A stretch of DNA of 16,722 nucleotides from an uncultured Oligoflexus sp. Its GTDB lineage: Bacteria > Bdellovibrionota_B > Oligoflexia > Oligoflexales > Oligoflexaceae. The notes below the pieces were generated by a model. That model was given only the letters and a program-made list of their open reading frames with translations. It was not told the DNA's origin and searched no databases. Shown in pieces: positions 7,168 through 15,284 of the stretch (its first letter is position 1; each line of letters starts with the position of its first letter). The position numbers and the translations under genes are program-made. The DNA lies in NCBI GenBank assembly GCA_964236955.1, contig CAXSGP010000101.1, positions 1 through 16,722 of the forward strand. Reading direction: 5' to 3'.

Positions 7168-8477
7168 CGTTGGGTCGGAATGAGGCGCGTAAAAGTCGAT
7201 TCATAGGGTCTCCCCCGAACGATCTTATTACCGAGTTGCTTAAGTGATTTTGCCCCACTTGCCAGCATCGTTAGTCGCAAGCCTCTTTCATATCCCTCTA
7301 TCGTTTCTTCCACCGCGGTTTCGTTCTGCAAAGCCGCCTTGAGAAGCGGAAGGCCGACGCCTGCAAACTGGGCTCCCAGAGCACAGGCTTTCGCGACGGT
7401 AAGGCCATCGCGTATTCCACCCGTTGCAATCAAAGGAAAATGGGGCAGTGCTTCGCGTACCGCTGCGAGGCTGTAGGCCGTAGGAATACCCCAGTTGCGA
7501 AAGGTCGCTCCTAGTTGAGTCACGATATCAGAGGAACTTCTTAGACCTTCGATGTGGGCCCAAGATGTTCCTCCCGCACCACCAATATCAATCGCGGCTA
7601 TTCCCCTTTCGGCCAGCATTTTTGCCGACGAAGGCGAGACGCCTGAACCAACTTCTTTGGCGATTACCGGAACATCGAGCTTGGCACAAATCATTTCGAG
7701 ACCTTTCATAATACCCGCAAGATTGCGATCGCCTTCGACCTGGATATGTTCCTGAACGATATTAAAATGAATCGCCAGGGCATCGGCTTTTATCATGTCC
7801 ACCGCGCGTCGACAGCGATCCAAAGCATCACCATCCGCGAGTTGGGCGATCCCTATGTTGCCTATGAGAAACACATTGGGGGCGGTGTCCTTAACGCTGA
7901 AGATGGGAGCATATTCAGCATTGTCCAAGGCTATCCTTTGCGAACCGACTCCCATGGGGATCCCAAATTTTTGTGCGGCCAACGCCAGGCGTCGATTAAT
8001 TTGAGCACCTTTCTGTATCCCACCCGTCATGCCGGTGATAAGGATTGGCAAAGCAAAGCTGGAGCCCAAAAATTCAACAGTGGTATCAATTTCAGAATGG
8101 TCGAAAAGCGGAAGTGCCTCGGGAAGAAAAGCCAGATCTTGGAATCCCGTATAACGATCGCTAGCTTCCACATCCTGCGAACGACAGATCTCAATATGCT
8201 GGTCTTTGCGGATTTGCCCTAGCATCTCCTGGAGCGATTGGCGTTCGTCCGGCGCTATAATAAAGTGCAAGGGGTAAACTTCTGTTTCGAGTCGACCCCT
8301 GAAATGAAAATTCTGGTCGTTTTGCAAAGAAACGGTAATATGAGTCAGGTGAGTGGAAAAGCTCTTAAGTGGGCTTTCCAAGATCAGGCGATCCGGAGCA
8401 CAAGCGGTCACAAGTCCAGCATGCCCCTGTTTGGCAATCCAAGGTAAAGCTGGGCTAAGCTTGATGAATTCGGCCAT
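7164..8477 (-). CDS. fni: Type 2 isopentenyl-diphosphate delta-isomerase (FMN-dependent) with an N-terminal extra domain
   Basis: RKDQHI (starting at residue 90), ITGMTGG, GVGSQR, HFNIVQE, KEVGSG, GAGGTSW, WGIPT, ATGGIRDG. AGAGGA RBS 9 nt before ATG 8477. Confidence 0.95.
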   Translation of the reverse strand: MAEFIKLSPALPWIAKQGHAGLVTACAPDRLILESPLKSFSTHLTHITVSLQNDQNFHFRGRLETEVYPLHFIIAPDERQSLQEMLGQIRKDQHIEICRSQDVEASDRYTGFQDLAFLPEALPLFDHSEIDTTVEFLGSSFALPILITGMTGGIQKGAQINRRLALAAQKFGIPMGVGSQRIALDNAEYAPIFSVKDTAPNVFLIGNIGIAQLADGDALDRCRRAVDMIKADALAIHFNIVQEHIQVEGDRNLAGIMKGLEMICAKLDVPVIAKEVGSGVSPSSAKMLAERGIAAIDIGGAGGTSWAHIEGLRSSSDIVTQLGATFRNWGIPTAYSLAAVREALPHFPLIATGGIRDGLTVAKACALGAQFAGVGLPLLKAALQNETAVEETIEGYERGLRLTMLASGAKSLKQLGNKIVRGRPYESTFTRLIPTQR

Positions 8478-8570
8478 GAGCTAAGGTCCTCTCTTCTTAT
8501 CAGTAGATGGGTTTAGCATGGGATTTAAAAAAAAGGCGAGCCTTTTGGGCAAGCTCCACAATGGGAAAGG

Positions 8571-8897
8571 ATGATTTATATGAGAGCTTTGTTGTTTGCC
8601 AGTTTGGCGTATTTCATGATGCCGGGTGCCTTTGCTCGGTCTGTGCTCAAGACCGAGATAGTTGAGGAGCAGGATAAAACGGAAACGAAAGTTTTTTGCT
8701 CGAAAAACAGCGAATCGGAAGCCGTCAGCCTTTGCGAAAAATGGCTTGAAAAACAAAGCAAGACTCTAGGCGAACGTCTGCTTACCAGTTCATGCAGTCA
8801 AGGTGAGATGAGTGCTGAGTCAAGCTGTCTCTACCGGGCAACTGGCGATTTGAAATTCATGATGAAAAAATATCGAACGGAAACGGAGAGAGAATAG
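8571..8897 (+). CDS. Small secreted 4-Cys hypothetical protein (start may be 8580)
   Basis: Signal peptide MRALLFASLAYFMMPGAFA|; GGAAAGGA upstream; four Cys in the mature part. Confidence 0.65.
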   Translation: MIYMRALLFASLAYFMMPGAFARSVLKTEIVEEQDKTETKVFCSKNSESEAVSLCEKWLEKQSKTLGERLLTSSCSQGEMSAESSCLYRATGDLKFMMKKYRTETERE

Positions 8898-8983
8898 TCT
8901 TGGATTCAAGTTTCAAAGCCAATCGCCAAAGCGTTCCACAGGGTTGATTGAGAGAATGGACATTGTTCACAAAAAGGTAGAAT

Positions 8984-9847
8984 ATGCAGCGGATCTTAAT
9001 CGCCGGAGCCGGATATTTAGGGTTTGCCTTGGCTGAATCTCTCTTTCGTTCACCTTTGGATTATGAAGTCTACCTGGCACGCAGAACACCCTTCGATTCC
9101 GAAGGGTTTAAGACTATTGCCTGTGATTTTAGTGAAGCGTCCTCGCTAAGGGATCTCCCGGAAGTGGACGCGATCTATTATGCGGTGTCTGCCGATGGGG
9201 CGACCGAAACTGCATACGAGAGGGCCTATAGTCTAGGGGTTAAGAATCTGATTGACCACTATAAATCGCGTTCTATCAGACCTAAGTTTTATTTCTCATC
9301 CAGTACTTCCGTCTATGCAGCAAAAGCGGGTGAGATCGTCACAGAAGATAGGAGCGAAGTTAGCTCGGAGGGAATGAGCCGGTTTATAGTCGCGGGAGAG
9401 CGTTCCGTCTTAACATCAGGATTTGAAGGTGCGGTACTCCGCTATGGTGGGATCTATGGCCCGGATCGGACGAGCTTTCTAAGGCGGGTGCGGGATGGCC
9501 TTGAAGTCCTGACGCCAAACGCCGATCACTTTATGAACCGCATTCATCGCGATGACGCTATTGGTATCGTTGCCTTTCTTCTGCGGCTTGAGGACCAGGG
9601 TATGAAACTTATCAATGCTGTTGATCTTGAGCCCACGAAGCGCGACGAGGTCATAACCTGGATCCTTTCACAATCCCATACAGAAAGCGCCGAATATCCC
9701 AAGGATTTCACCCAGGAGCCGACTCGTAATCACCGACGGGTCCTATCGGCCAAACTGCAGGCCTTGGGCTACCGCTATGTCTATCCAAGTTATAAGGAAG
9801 GCTATAAAGAATTGCTTAGCCAACTGGGCCAAAGTATCAAAGAATAA
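8984..9847 (+). CDS. Atypical SDR / NAD-dependent epimerase-dehydratase (YeeZ-like)
   Basis: ILIAGAGYLG Rossmann motif, SSSTSVY, LRYGGIYGPDR, NRIHRDD, KLQALGYRYVYPSYKEG. Confidence 0.88.
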   Translation: MQRILIAGAGYLGFALAESLFRSPLDYEVYLARRTPFDSEGFKTIACDFSEASSLRDLPEVDAIYYAVSADGATETAYERAYSLGVKNLIDHYKSRSIRPKFYFSSSTSVYAAKAGEIVTEDRSEVSSEGMSRFIVAGERSVLTSGFEGAVLRYGGIYGPDRTSFLRRVRDGLEVLTPNADHFMNRIHRDDAIGIVAFLLRLEDQGMKLINAVDLEPTKRDEVITWILSQSHTESAEYPKDFTQEPTRNHRRVLSAKLQALGYRYVYPSYKEGYKELLSQLGQSIKE

Positions 9848-9861
9848 AATTATCAGGAATT

Positions 9862-9896
9862 AAAAAAAAGGCCTTCGATCCATCCGATCGAAGGCC
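9862..9896 (-). terminator. Rho-independent terminator of the adhesin-transglutaminase unit
   Basis: 11-bp perfect stem GGCCTTCGATC/GATCGAAGGCC with a 5-nt loop, followed by T8 on the minus strand, 7 nt after the stop at 9904. Confidence 0.9.
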
Positions 9897-9903
9897 CAGA
9901 CCA

Positions 9904-11565
9904 TTAAAGCGATTGGTAGTAAATATCTTCGATGTCGCTAAATTCCCTGCTCCAAACGAAGTTGCCAGTGCCCCAGAGAAAGTCAGGTCGAGACTCACTC
10001 ACCCAAGAGCCACCAATAATATTGTTTTTCGCATCAAGTTCAAGCCGATAGCGGAAGGCACGAATGCGTCGACCATTCTCGATATAGGTGTCACCTGCGG
10101 GTACGTGGTAACGCTGAAGCTTTACGTTGTCGCCATAGCGATTCCAGCCCGGCATCTCTTCCGTGGTATAGCGGAATTCGGTCTGAATCAACAATTCCTT
10201 GACGGTGCCAGGGGCTGCATCAGTTGAGATTTGATCGCCGCTAAATGACTTCATGACTTTGCTGCTGTATGCGGCAGCTGCTTGGTTCCATACTTCGGCA
10301 TCCCGCGTGATATCGACGCCAAAGCTTTTCTTTTGGATGCCCATAAGGTTAGAAATAACCAGGTGGAAGGCACCCGCGTTGGTATCGGTGCAAGCAGCAG
10401 TCTTCACGGCTCCGGCGACAGCGTCCTTGAGCTTATTAAGGTCAAGATTTTCAGGCTTGCCGGCCTCTGCAAAATTTTTCATGGAATCGGAATAAATGAC
10501 CGCTAACTTATTACGCCGTGCGCTGCCTGCCTGAAGTTGGTTCTGCAGACGCTGAAAGATGGTCTGAAAGCCAACTTTTGCTTCTTCCGAGCTGGGAGCG
10601 AAGCTAAAGAAGTAGGAAGCTACGGCAAGATCAGTCTCGGTGTCGAACTTGTTTAAATCCAACATAGCTTTGATTTGCTCGTTGATGGAATCCATACTGC
10701 CAGGCTTCAAAGCATCAATCATCGCGAAGAGTTTGTTTTTGGTCGAGTCGCTAAGGTCATTGTTGCAGCGTTCGGCAAGGAAACTTTGTGTACGCTGCTG
10801 CGATGGACTCCTATCAATTGCATGCGAAAGCAAGGCCTTAACGTCAGACGCGGCCATTGGTACGTCGAAGCCGTCTTTACTCATGAGAGTCAGAGGTCCT
10901 GGTTCGTCGAAGAGGATAGTGGCAGGAGCCCAGGCATGACATATGCCGTACCATGTTGGGATCTTTGCGCCTTTGGTATAATCACGATTTTCCTTGAATG
11001 GCTCCTCGATGGTGCCAGGTATCGTGCGCAAGGTCGTAAGGATACGGGTGCGGGCCCGTTCTGACCTTACTGTCGGGTAGTCGAAGTCCCCTCGATAGAT
11101 ATCGTACTTTTCAGCCGGGGAAAGAGTCGCGATCAAAGCCTTTCTTTCATCGGCACTCAGGGCCTGCAGCTGATCCTTCGTATAGGGATTATAACCTAAG
11201 ACTTCACTGCGCATGTGCTGCAGAGTCTCATCATCATCCAGCTGACCTGCGAATTCATTATCGCTGCTGCCCGATACGATCTTATCGAGTTGTTTCGTTT
11301 TAGTATCACCCCAACGATAGCTGATTCCGCCATGATAGGTTGGCCAATAATGATCACTCCATGGCATTTTCTCGGGACGACCTGACTTCGGCAGTTTATC
11401 GAAGTTGGTTTCAAATTCATTATTAACAGCCATCATGATAACGGGATTATTGGCTTCGTTCCAGGTGTCTTTGACAGCGCTCGTCGCCCCTGGATGGCAG
11501 GCCGCCAGAAGCGAAGCGCACACTAGAGTGGGAAATAGAGCTCGAATATTCATAGGGTTTCTCAT
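9904..11565 (-). CDS. Lipoprotein of the transglutaminase-elicitor (Phytophthora GP42-like) family
   Basis: Lipobox LLAA|C. Motifs PWSDHYWPTYHGGISYRW, LSPAEKYD, IPTWYGICHAWAPA, DVKALLS, NAGAFHLVISNLMG, SFGVDIT..EVWNQ, YRLELD..NNIIGGSWV..RPDFLW in GP42 order. Start may be 11553. Confidence 0.88.
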   Translation of the reverse strand: MRNPMNIRALFPTLVCASLLAACHPGATSAVKDTWNEANNPVIMMAVNNEFETNFDKLPKSGRPEKMPWSDHYWPTYHGGISYRWGDTKTKQLDKIVSGSSDNEFAGQLDDDETLQHMRSEVLGYNPYTKDQLQALSADERKALIATLSPAEKYDIYRGDFDYPTVRSERARTRILTTLRTIPGTIEEPFKENRDYTKGAKIPTWYGICHAWAPATILFDEPGPLTLMSKDGFDVPMAASDVKALLSHAIDRSPSQQRTQSFLAERCNNDLSDSTKNKLFAMIDALKPGSMDSINEQIKAMLDLNKFDTETDLAVASYFFSFAPSSEEAKVGFQTIFQRLQNQLQAGSARRNKLAVIYSDSMKNFAEAGKPENLDLNKLKDAVAGAVKTAACTDTNAGAFHLVISNLMGIQKKSFGVDITRDAEVWNQAAAAYSSKVMKSFSGDQISTDAAPGTVKELLIQTEFRYTTEEMPGWNRYGDNVKLQRYHVPAGDTYIENGRRIRAFRYRLELDAKNNIIGGSWVSESRPDFLWGTGNFVWSREFSDIEDIYYQSL

Positions 11566-11571
11566 TTCGTT

Positions 11572-13884
11572 TTATCTGCAGATTTTGGTTAATTCGTTAT
11601 TTGTGATTTCGGGATTGCAAGTCACGGCCGCGCCTACAGGCAGACGAAGATCCGTGATAAGAGTGTGCTGAAAAATGGCAGTAAAGTCGGATACTGCTGT
11701 GAATTTCAAGTTCAACATCTTCAACAACTTGAGATCTCTAAGGGCTTGTATATCAACTAGCTGGCGATTTGCCGCAAGACTAAGTTCCTGTAGCCCAACG
11801 AAGCGGGCCAGCGGGCTGAGGTCGGTAAGGTTCTTATTGTCCAAAGCCAAAGCAAATTCGCTATTCCTCACCACAGCATTTAAGTTCTTGCCCCGGATGA
11901 ATCGAGCGAGGTTTTCGCAGCTTACGCTGGGAGCCAGCTGTTGGCGCATCGCCGATACGGTCAATTTAATTGCAGCACTGTCGGGGCTTGCGCAGAGATC
12001 CGCGAATGGTTTGTTGGCCGAGACAACTACCATATCAGTATAGGTCAAAGTCAATTTATCATTGGAATCAAGCATTTTAATGACGACCTGGCCAGCGCAA
12101 GTCTTGGAGCCGTCGCCTTTTGCGATGACGCGATAACCCTGGTCTTCAGGTAGAAGGCTCCATTCGCAGGCTGAAAACGCGCTGTTTTCAAAAGGCTTTA
12201 CTTCGGCAGATGTGATGCTGTAGCTGCTTGAAAACTTGTAGCCAATTCGAGCAACTTCCATTCCGTCATCACTGGTTTTAGGGAGTGACTCGGTAAGGGT
12301 GACCTTATTGTAATCAACCGGGATCACAAATTTCTGCGTAATGTTCTGACCTGCTTTGGAATTCAATATTAATTGCGCTTCGCATTGAGCTGGCAGCGAC
12401 TTTTGATTCTCGTCAAGTTCGGCACTGATTTCCCATTTTTGACGACTTAAACGCACACTGAACTGACAGCCCTCCGTGACCGAGCTAAGTTCTGGTTTTT
12501 GATCGGCAGTCAAGCCTTGAATCGTCGCGATGTATGCGGGTAACAGACTCAGCTTGTCCTGGGTTAAAGGGTGAACTTTTCCTTTTTGGGTGCTGGTGTA
12601 TACGACCGCTGAAGCATCAAGTTTGAGCACAGCTTCGACTTTGATCTTGGCCTCGATGATCTTGCCGTCCAGTTTGGCTGTAACCGTCGCTTCGCCGTCT
12701 GGCTTAAGAGCTTTGATTTTGCCAGCTTCCACAGTGACCAAAGTCACGTCGCTTGATTCCCAGTTCAGCTGATCGAGCTCTACAGGAAGGGTTGACCGGA
12801 CTTCCAAAACCTGCTCATCCCCAGCCTTCATTAGGATCTGGTTTTTAACAAATCCGATCAATTGGGGTTTTTCTTTGGGACTGCTGACCGATATCGAAGC
12901 GCTTAGACCCTGAGCGCTGACTTTTAAGGTTATGCCGTCAGGAATCGCTTTAAGCACAGTCACAGTGCCTTGATCCAATTTCACAGCATCACCCGCTGGC
13001 AGTTCCCAGGTGGCTTCATGAGCTGCTAACGCAACTCGTGTCCCAATATCATCAAGAAGGAACAGATTAACCTTGGCCGATTCATTTTTCTTTAGAAATA
13101 GCGAAGCAGGGTCAGCTATGAGCTGCGTTAGGTTCGCGGGTTCACAGGTTTCTGATGTCCCTTCGGCGAAGGTGAAGGTTCCGTTGGAACATAGGCCCTC
13201 AACCGCTAGGGGTGCGCAGGCAGAATTAAACGGAACCCGAGCCTCCTTGAAGCGAGGGAACAGTTTGCTGGCACCATCGTGAGTATCGTCACAACTTTTG
13301 CCAGTAATTATCACATGATACTGGGCCGAAAGCTTGCCAAGAGTCGCTGTAATCACGGCATCCTGGACGGCACTTTTACCGCTCACAACGCCGCTCACGC
13401 TTACTGTGACAAGGTCAATATTGCTGGACCATTTGGCTTTGCTGCTTTCGATCGACACTTTCCCATCGCGTTGGTCACGACCTTCAAGAGTGAGGGCTAG
13501 ATTTTGACCGATTTCGATCTCCTTCAGCCCACCTAGAATCGTTAGACCACGCAATTCGGTCTCTTCGCACGATGTTGAGCCGCTATCTTGGAAAACCTTT
13601 TGACCGTTCGAACAGGTTACGGTCCCTTCATAGGAAAGGTCCTTACAAGCTTGGTCTAGGGGAGCGAATTCACTACGAAAGAGGGTCATTTGCTGGGACT
13701 GTCCGTCTGCGAAGCCATCTCCACAGCCTTGTACCAGGGGTAGAATAGCGGGTACGGGAGCAGGGCCTGGATTGGCTTGATCGGGAGCTTTGCTACTGCC
13801 GGCGCCGCACGCTTGCAATAGGCCCAGAGATAAAACGAGCGGCAGAAAACATGTCCTGACCTTCAATAAAATACTTGAATGCAT
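11572..13884 (-). CDS. Large surface lipoprotein with repeated 4-Cys modules, Big_2-like Ig domains and C-terminal leucine-rich repeats
   Basis: Start reassigned to ATG 13884 (GAGGA RBS; LSLGLLQA|C lipobox). Big_2-like WSSNIDLVTVSVSGVVSG and WESSDVTLVTVEAGKIKA. Internalin-like LRRs: LALDNKNLTDLSPLARFVGLQELSLAANRQLVDIQALRDLKLLKMLNL. Confidence 0.8.
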   Translation of the reverse strand: MHSSILLKVRTCFLPLVLSLGLLQACGAGSSKAPDQANPGPAPVPAILPLVQGCGDGFADGQSQQMTLFRSEFAPLDQACKDLSYEGTVTCSNGQKVFQDSGSTSCEETELRGLTILGGLKEIEIGQNLALTLEGRDQRDGKVSIESSKAKWSSNIDLVTVSVSGVVSGKSAVQDAVITATLGKLSAQYHVIITGKSCDDTHDGASKLFPRFKEARVPFNSACAPLAVEGLCSNGTFTFAEGTSETCEPANLTQLIADPASLFLKKNESAKVNLFLLDDIGTRVALAAHEATWELPAGDAVKLDQGTVTVLKAIPDGITLKVSAQGLSASISVSSPKEKPQLIGFVKNQILMKAGDEQVLEVRSTLPVELDQLNWESSDVTLVTVEAGKIKALKPDGEATVTAKLDGKIIEAKIKVEAVLKLDASAVVYTSTQKGKVHPLTQDKLSLLPAYIATIQGLTADQKPELSSVTEGCQFSVRLSRQKWEISAELDENQKSLPAQCEAQLILNSKAGQNITQKFVIPVDYNKVTLTESLPKTSDDGMEVARIGYKFSSSYSITSAEVKPFENSAFSACEWSLLPEDQGYRVIAKGDGSKTCAGQVVIKMLDSNDKLTLTYTDMVVVSANKPFADLCASPDSAAIKLTVSAMRQQLAPSVSCENLARFIRGKNLNAVVRNSEFALALDNKNLTDLSPLARFVGLQELSLAANRQLVDIQALRDLKLLKMLNLKFTAVSDFTAIFQHTLITDLRLPVGAAVTCNPEITNNELTKICR
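12883..13725 (-). repeat. Two tandem ~140-aa protein-level repeats (4-Cys module plus Ig-like domain)
   Basis: C..DG....F....P....C.......CSNG...F...S.SCE occurs at 13725-13567 and 13293-13144, each followed by an Ig-like domain. Confidence 0.7.
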
Positions 13885-14468
13885 AAGTTCCTCGAAAAAC
13901 AATGAATGAAGTTTCAACTCGAGTTTTGTTACTGCGGCAAGAAATAATCCCGGGCCTTTGATTCCAAAGAGTTCACTAAACTCAGGAGCAACAATACTGT
14001 CAGGGCTGACCATGGGAACTTCTATTGAGTAAGGGTCTCGTCGTTGTGCTATCCAAACGGCTTTGATATAGCAATCGAAATATTAAATTTTCGTTCTCAA
14101 ACTCATTGAAATAATAGCGTTTAATGATAATAAAACCCTATTTTTACTTATCAATTGCAATCCCTTGCTTACTGACTTGAGTCTCCCTGGGACTGCCTAA
14201 ACCTGCTGGCCAGATAAGTGAAGGGTGCGCGCCTCTAGTCAAAGTCTCGGTATCTCCCAAACATTTTAAGTCAGTGGTGCCAGTTGAGAGAAACTTCAAA
14301 AGGGATAGAGATAGAGGGTCACGGTATTTCCTCTTGAATGGATAAACAAAATCAAAGAAGCGTTTCGGCTTTAAAAATTTTCAGTTGACCTTTGTCTCAC
14401 CCGATCCCTACGATCAACCCAATTTTCGTAGGATGCCCACACCATTCCCAGACTGAGTAGGAACTTTT

Positions 14469-15179
14469 ATTACATCAAGACGCGTGGCGATCGCTTTCCC
14501 TGCAACTGTTATTATTGGAGCCTGTGGCCGGGCGCCTCTCGTGCAAGAGACTTCTAAGCAGCATGTCGACATCGAAGTGCCACAAAAGGATGTTGATCCC
14601 AAGATCATAAGTGATATTTTGAATACGCTTGATGGCTTTGTCATCGAAGGTCCCCAGATGATCGACATTCAGGCACTGACTAAGAGCCTTACCGTTACAG
14701 GGGAATTCAAAGAAATTTTTGAAGGTCTAATTGCGAGTCGCGATCCAACTGCCAGTATCGAATGCCTGTCCCGTAAGTGCAAAATCGTCAGCACGGGACG
14801 CGACTATTCATTCAAGGCGGAAAGCATTGCGGTGCCTGTACTTGGCTCACCAACGATTATGCTGACGAAAAAGATCAATATCTATTTTGAGCTGTCGGAA
14901 ACCCGTGACCGACTTGAAATCTGCCGCATCGATGGTCTGAAAGTCAAAGCCGGAATGTTTGTGCAAAATCTTGAAGGCGGACTGATCGAAGTGGAACGGG
15001 TCGATATTCCTGCCAGCGATGAAGTCAAACCGCATAAGAATGATGAAGATGCCAAGCCTTCGGATCCGCTAGGCCAAGGGCAGGGGCCGGAGCAAAAAAT
15101 CACGATTAAAAATTTCAAACTTGATGCCGGCGTTGGTGGGACCTATCCATCCGCGAGCTGCATTCATCAGACGATTTAA
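14469..15179 (+). CDS. Hypothetical lipoprotein (start uncertain: ATT 14469 or GTG 14484)
   Basis: Lipobox IIGA|C; long open frame; an in-frame TGA at 14454 limits upstream extension; AGGA lies 6 nt before ATT 14469. Confidence 0.65.
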   Translation: MTSRRVAIAFPATVIIGACGRAPLVQETSKQHVDIEVPQKDVDPKIISDILNTLDGFVIEGPQMIDIQALTKSLTVTGEFKEIFEGLIASRDPTASIECLSRKCKIVSTGRDYSFKAESIAVPVLGSPTIMLTKKINIYFELSETRDRLEICRIDGLKVKAGMFVQNLEGGLIEVERVDIPASDEVKPHKNDEDAKPSDPLGQGQGPEQKITIKNFKLDAGVGGTYPSASCIHQTI

Positions 15180-15284
15180 CTCTAGCGTCGAAAGCTCCTT
15201 TTGCTTTCTGGCAATGGCGTAATCAAGAGGGGGACATTAATAATTGAAGTATGCACTCATCTTAAAGGCGATAGGAGACGATAT

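Noticed and set aside
13936..13952. Minus-strand GG-N10-GC (GGGATTATTTCTTGC) upstream of the adhesin gene as a sigma54 promoter
   Set aside because: The spacing fits but the TGGC -24 box is missing; too weak to call.
13885..14013. N-terminal 43 aa of the 813-aa ORF
   Set aside because: ATG 13884 has a GAGGA RBS and directly begins the lipoprotein signal peptide.
14014..14432. Long, partly AT-rich divergent intergenic region as a possible ncRNA, CRISPR array or IS remnant
   Set aside because: Only weak imperfect inverted repeats were seen; no direct-repeat array, tRNA fold, known riboswitch motif or transposase fragment.
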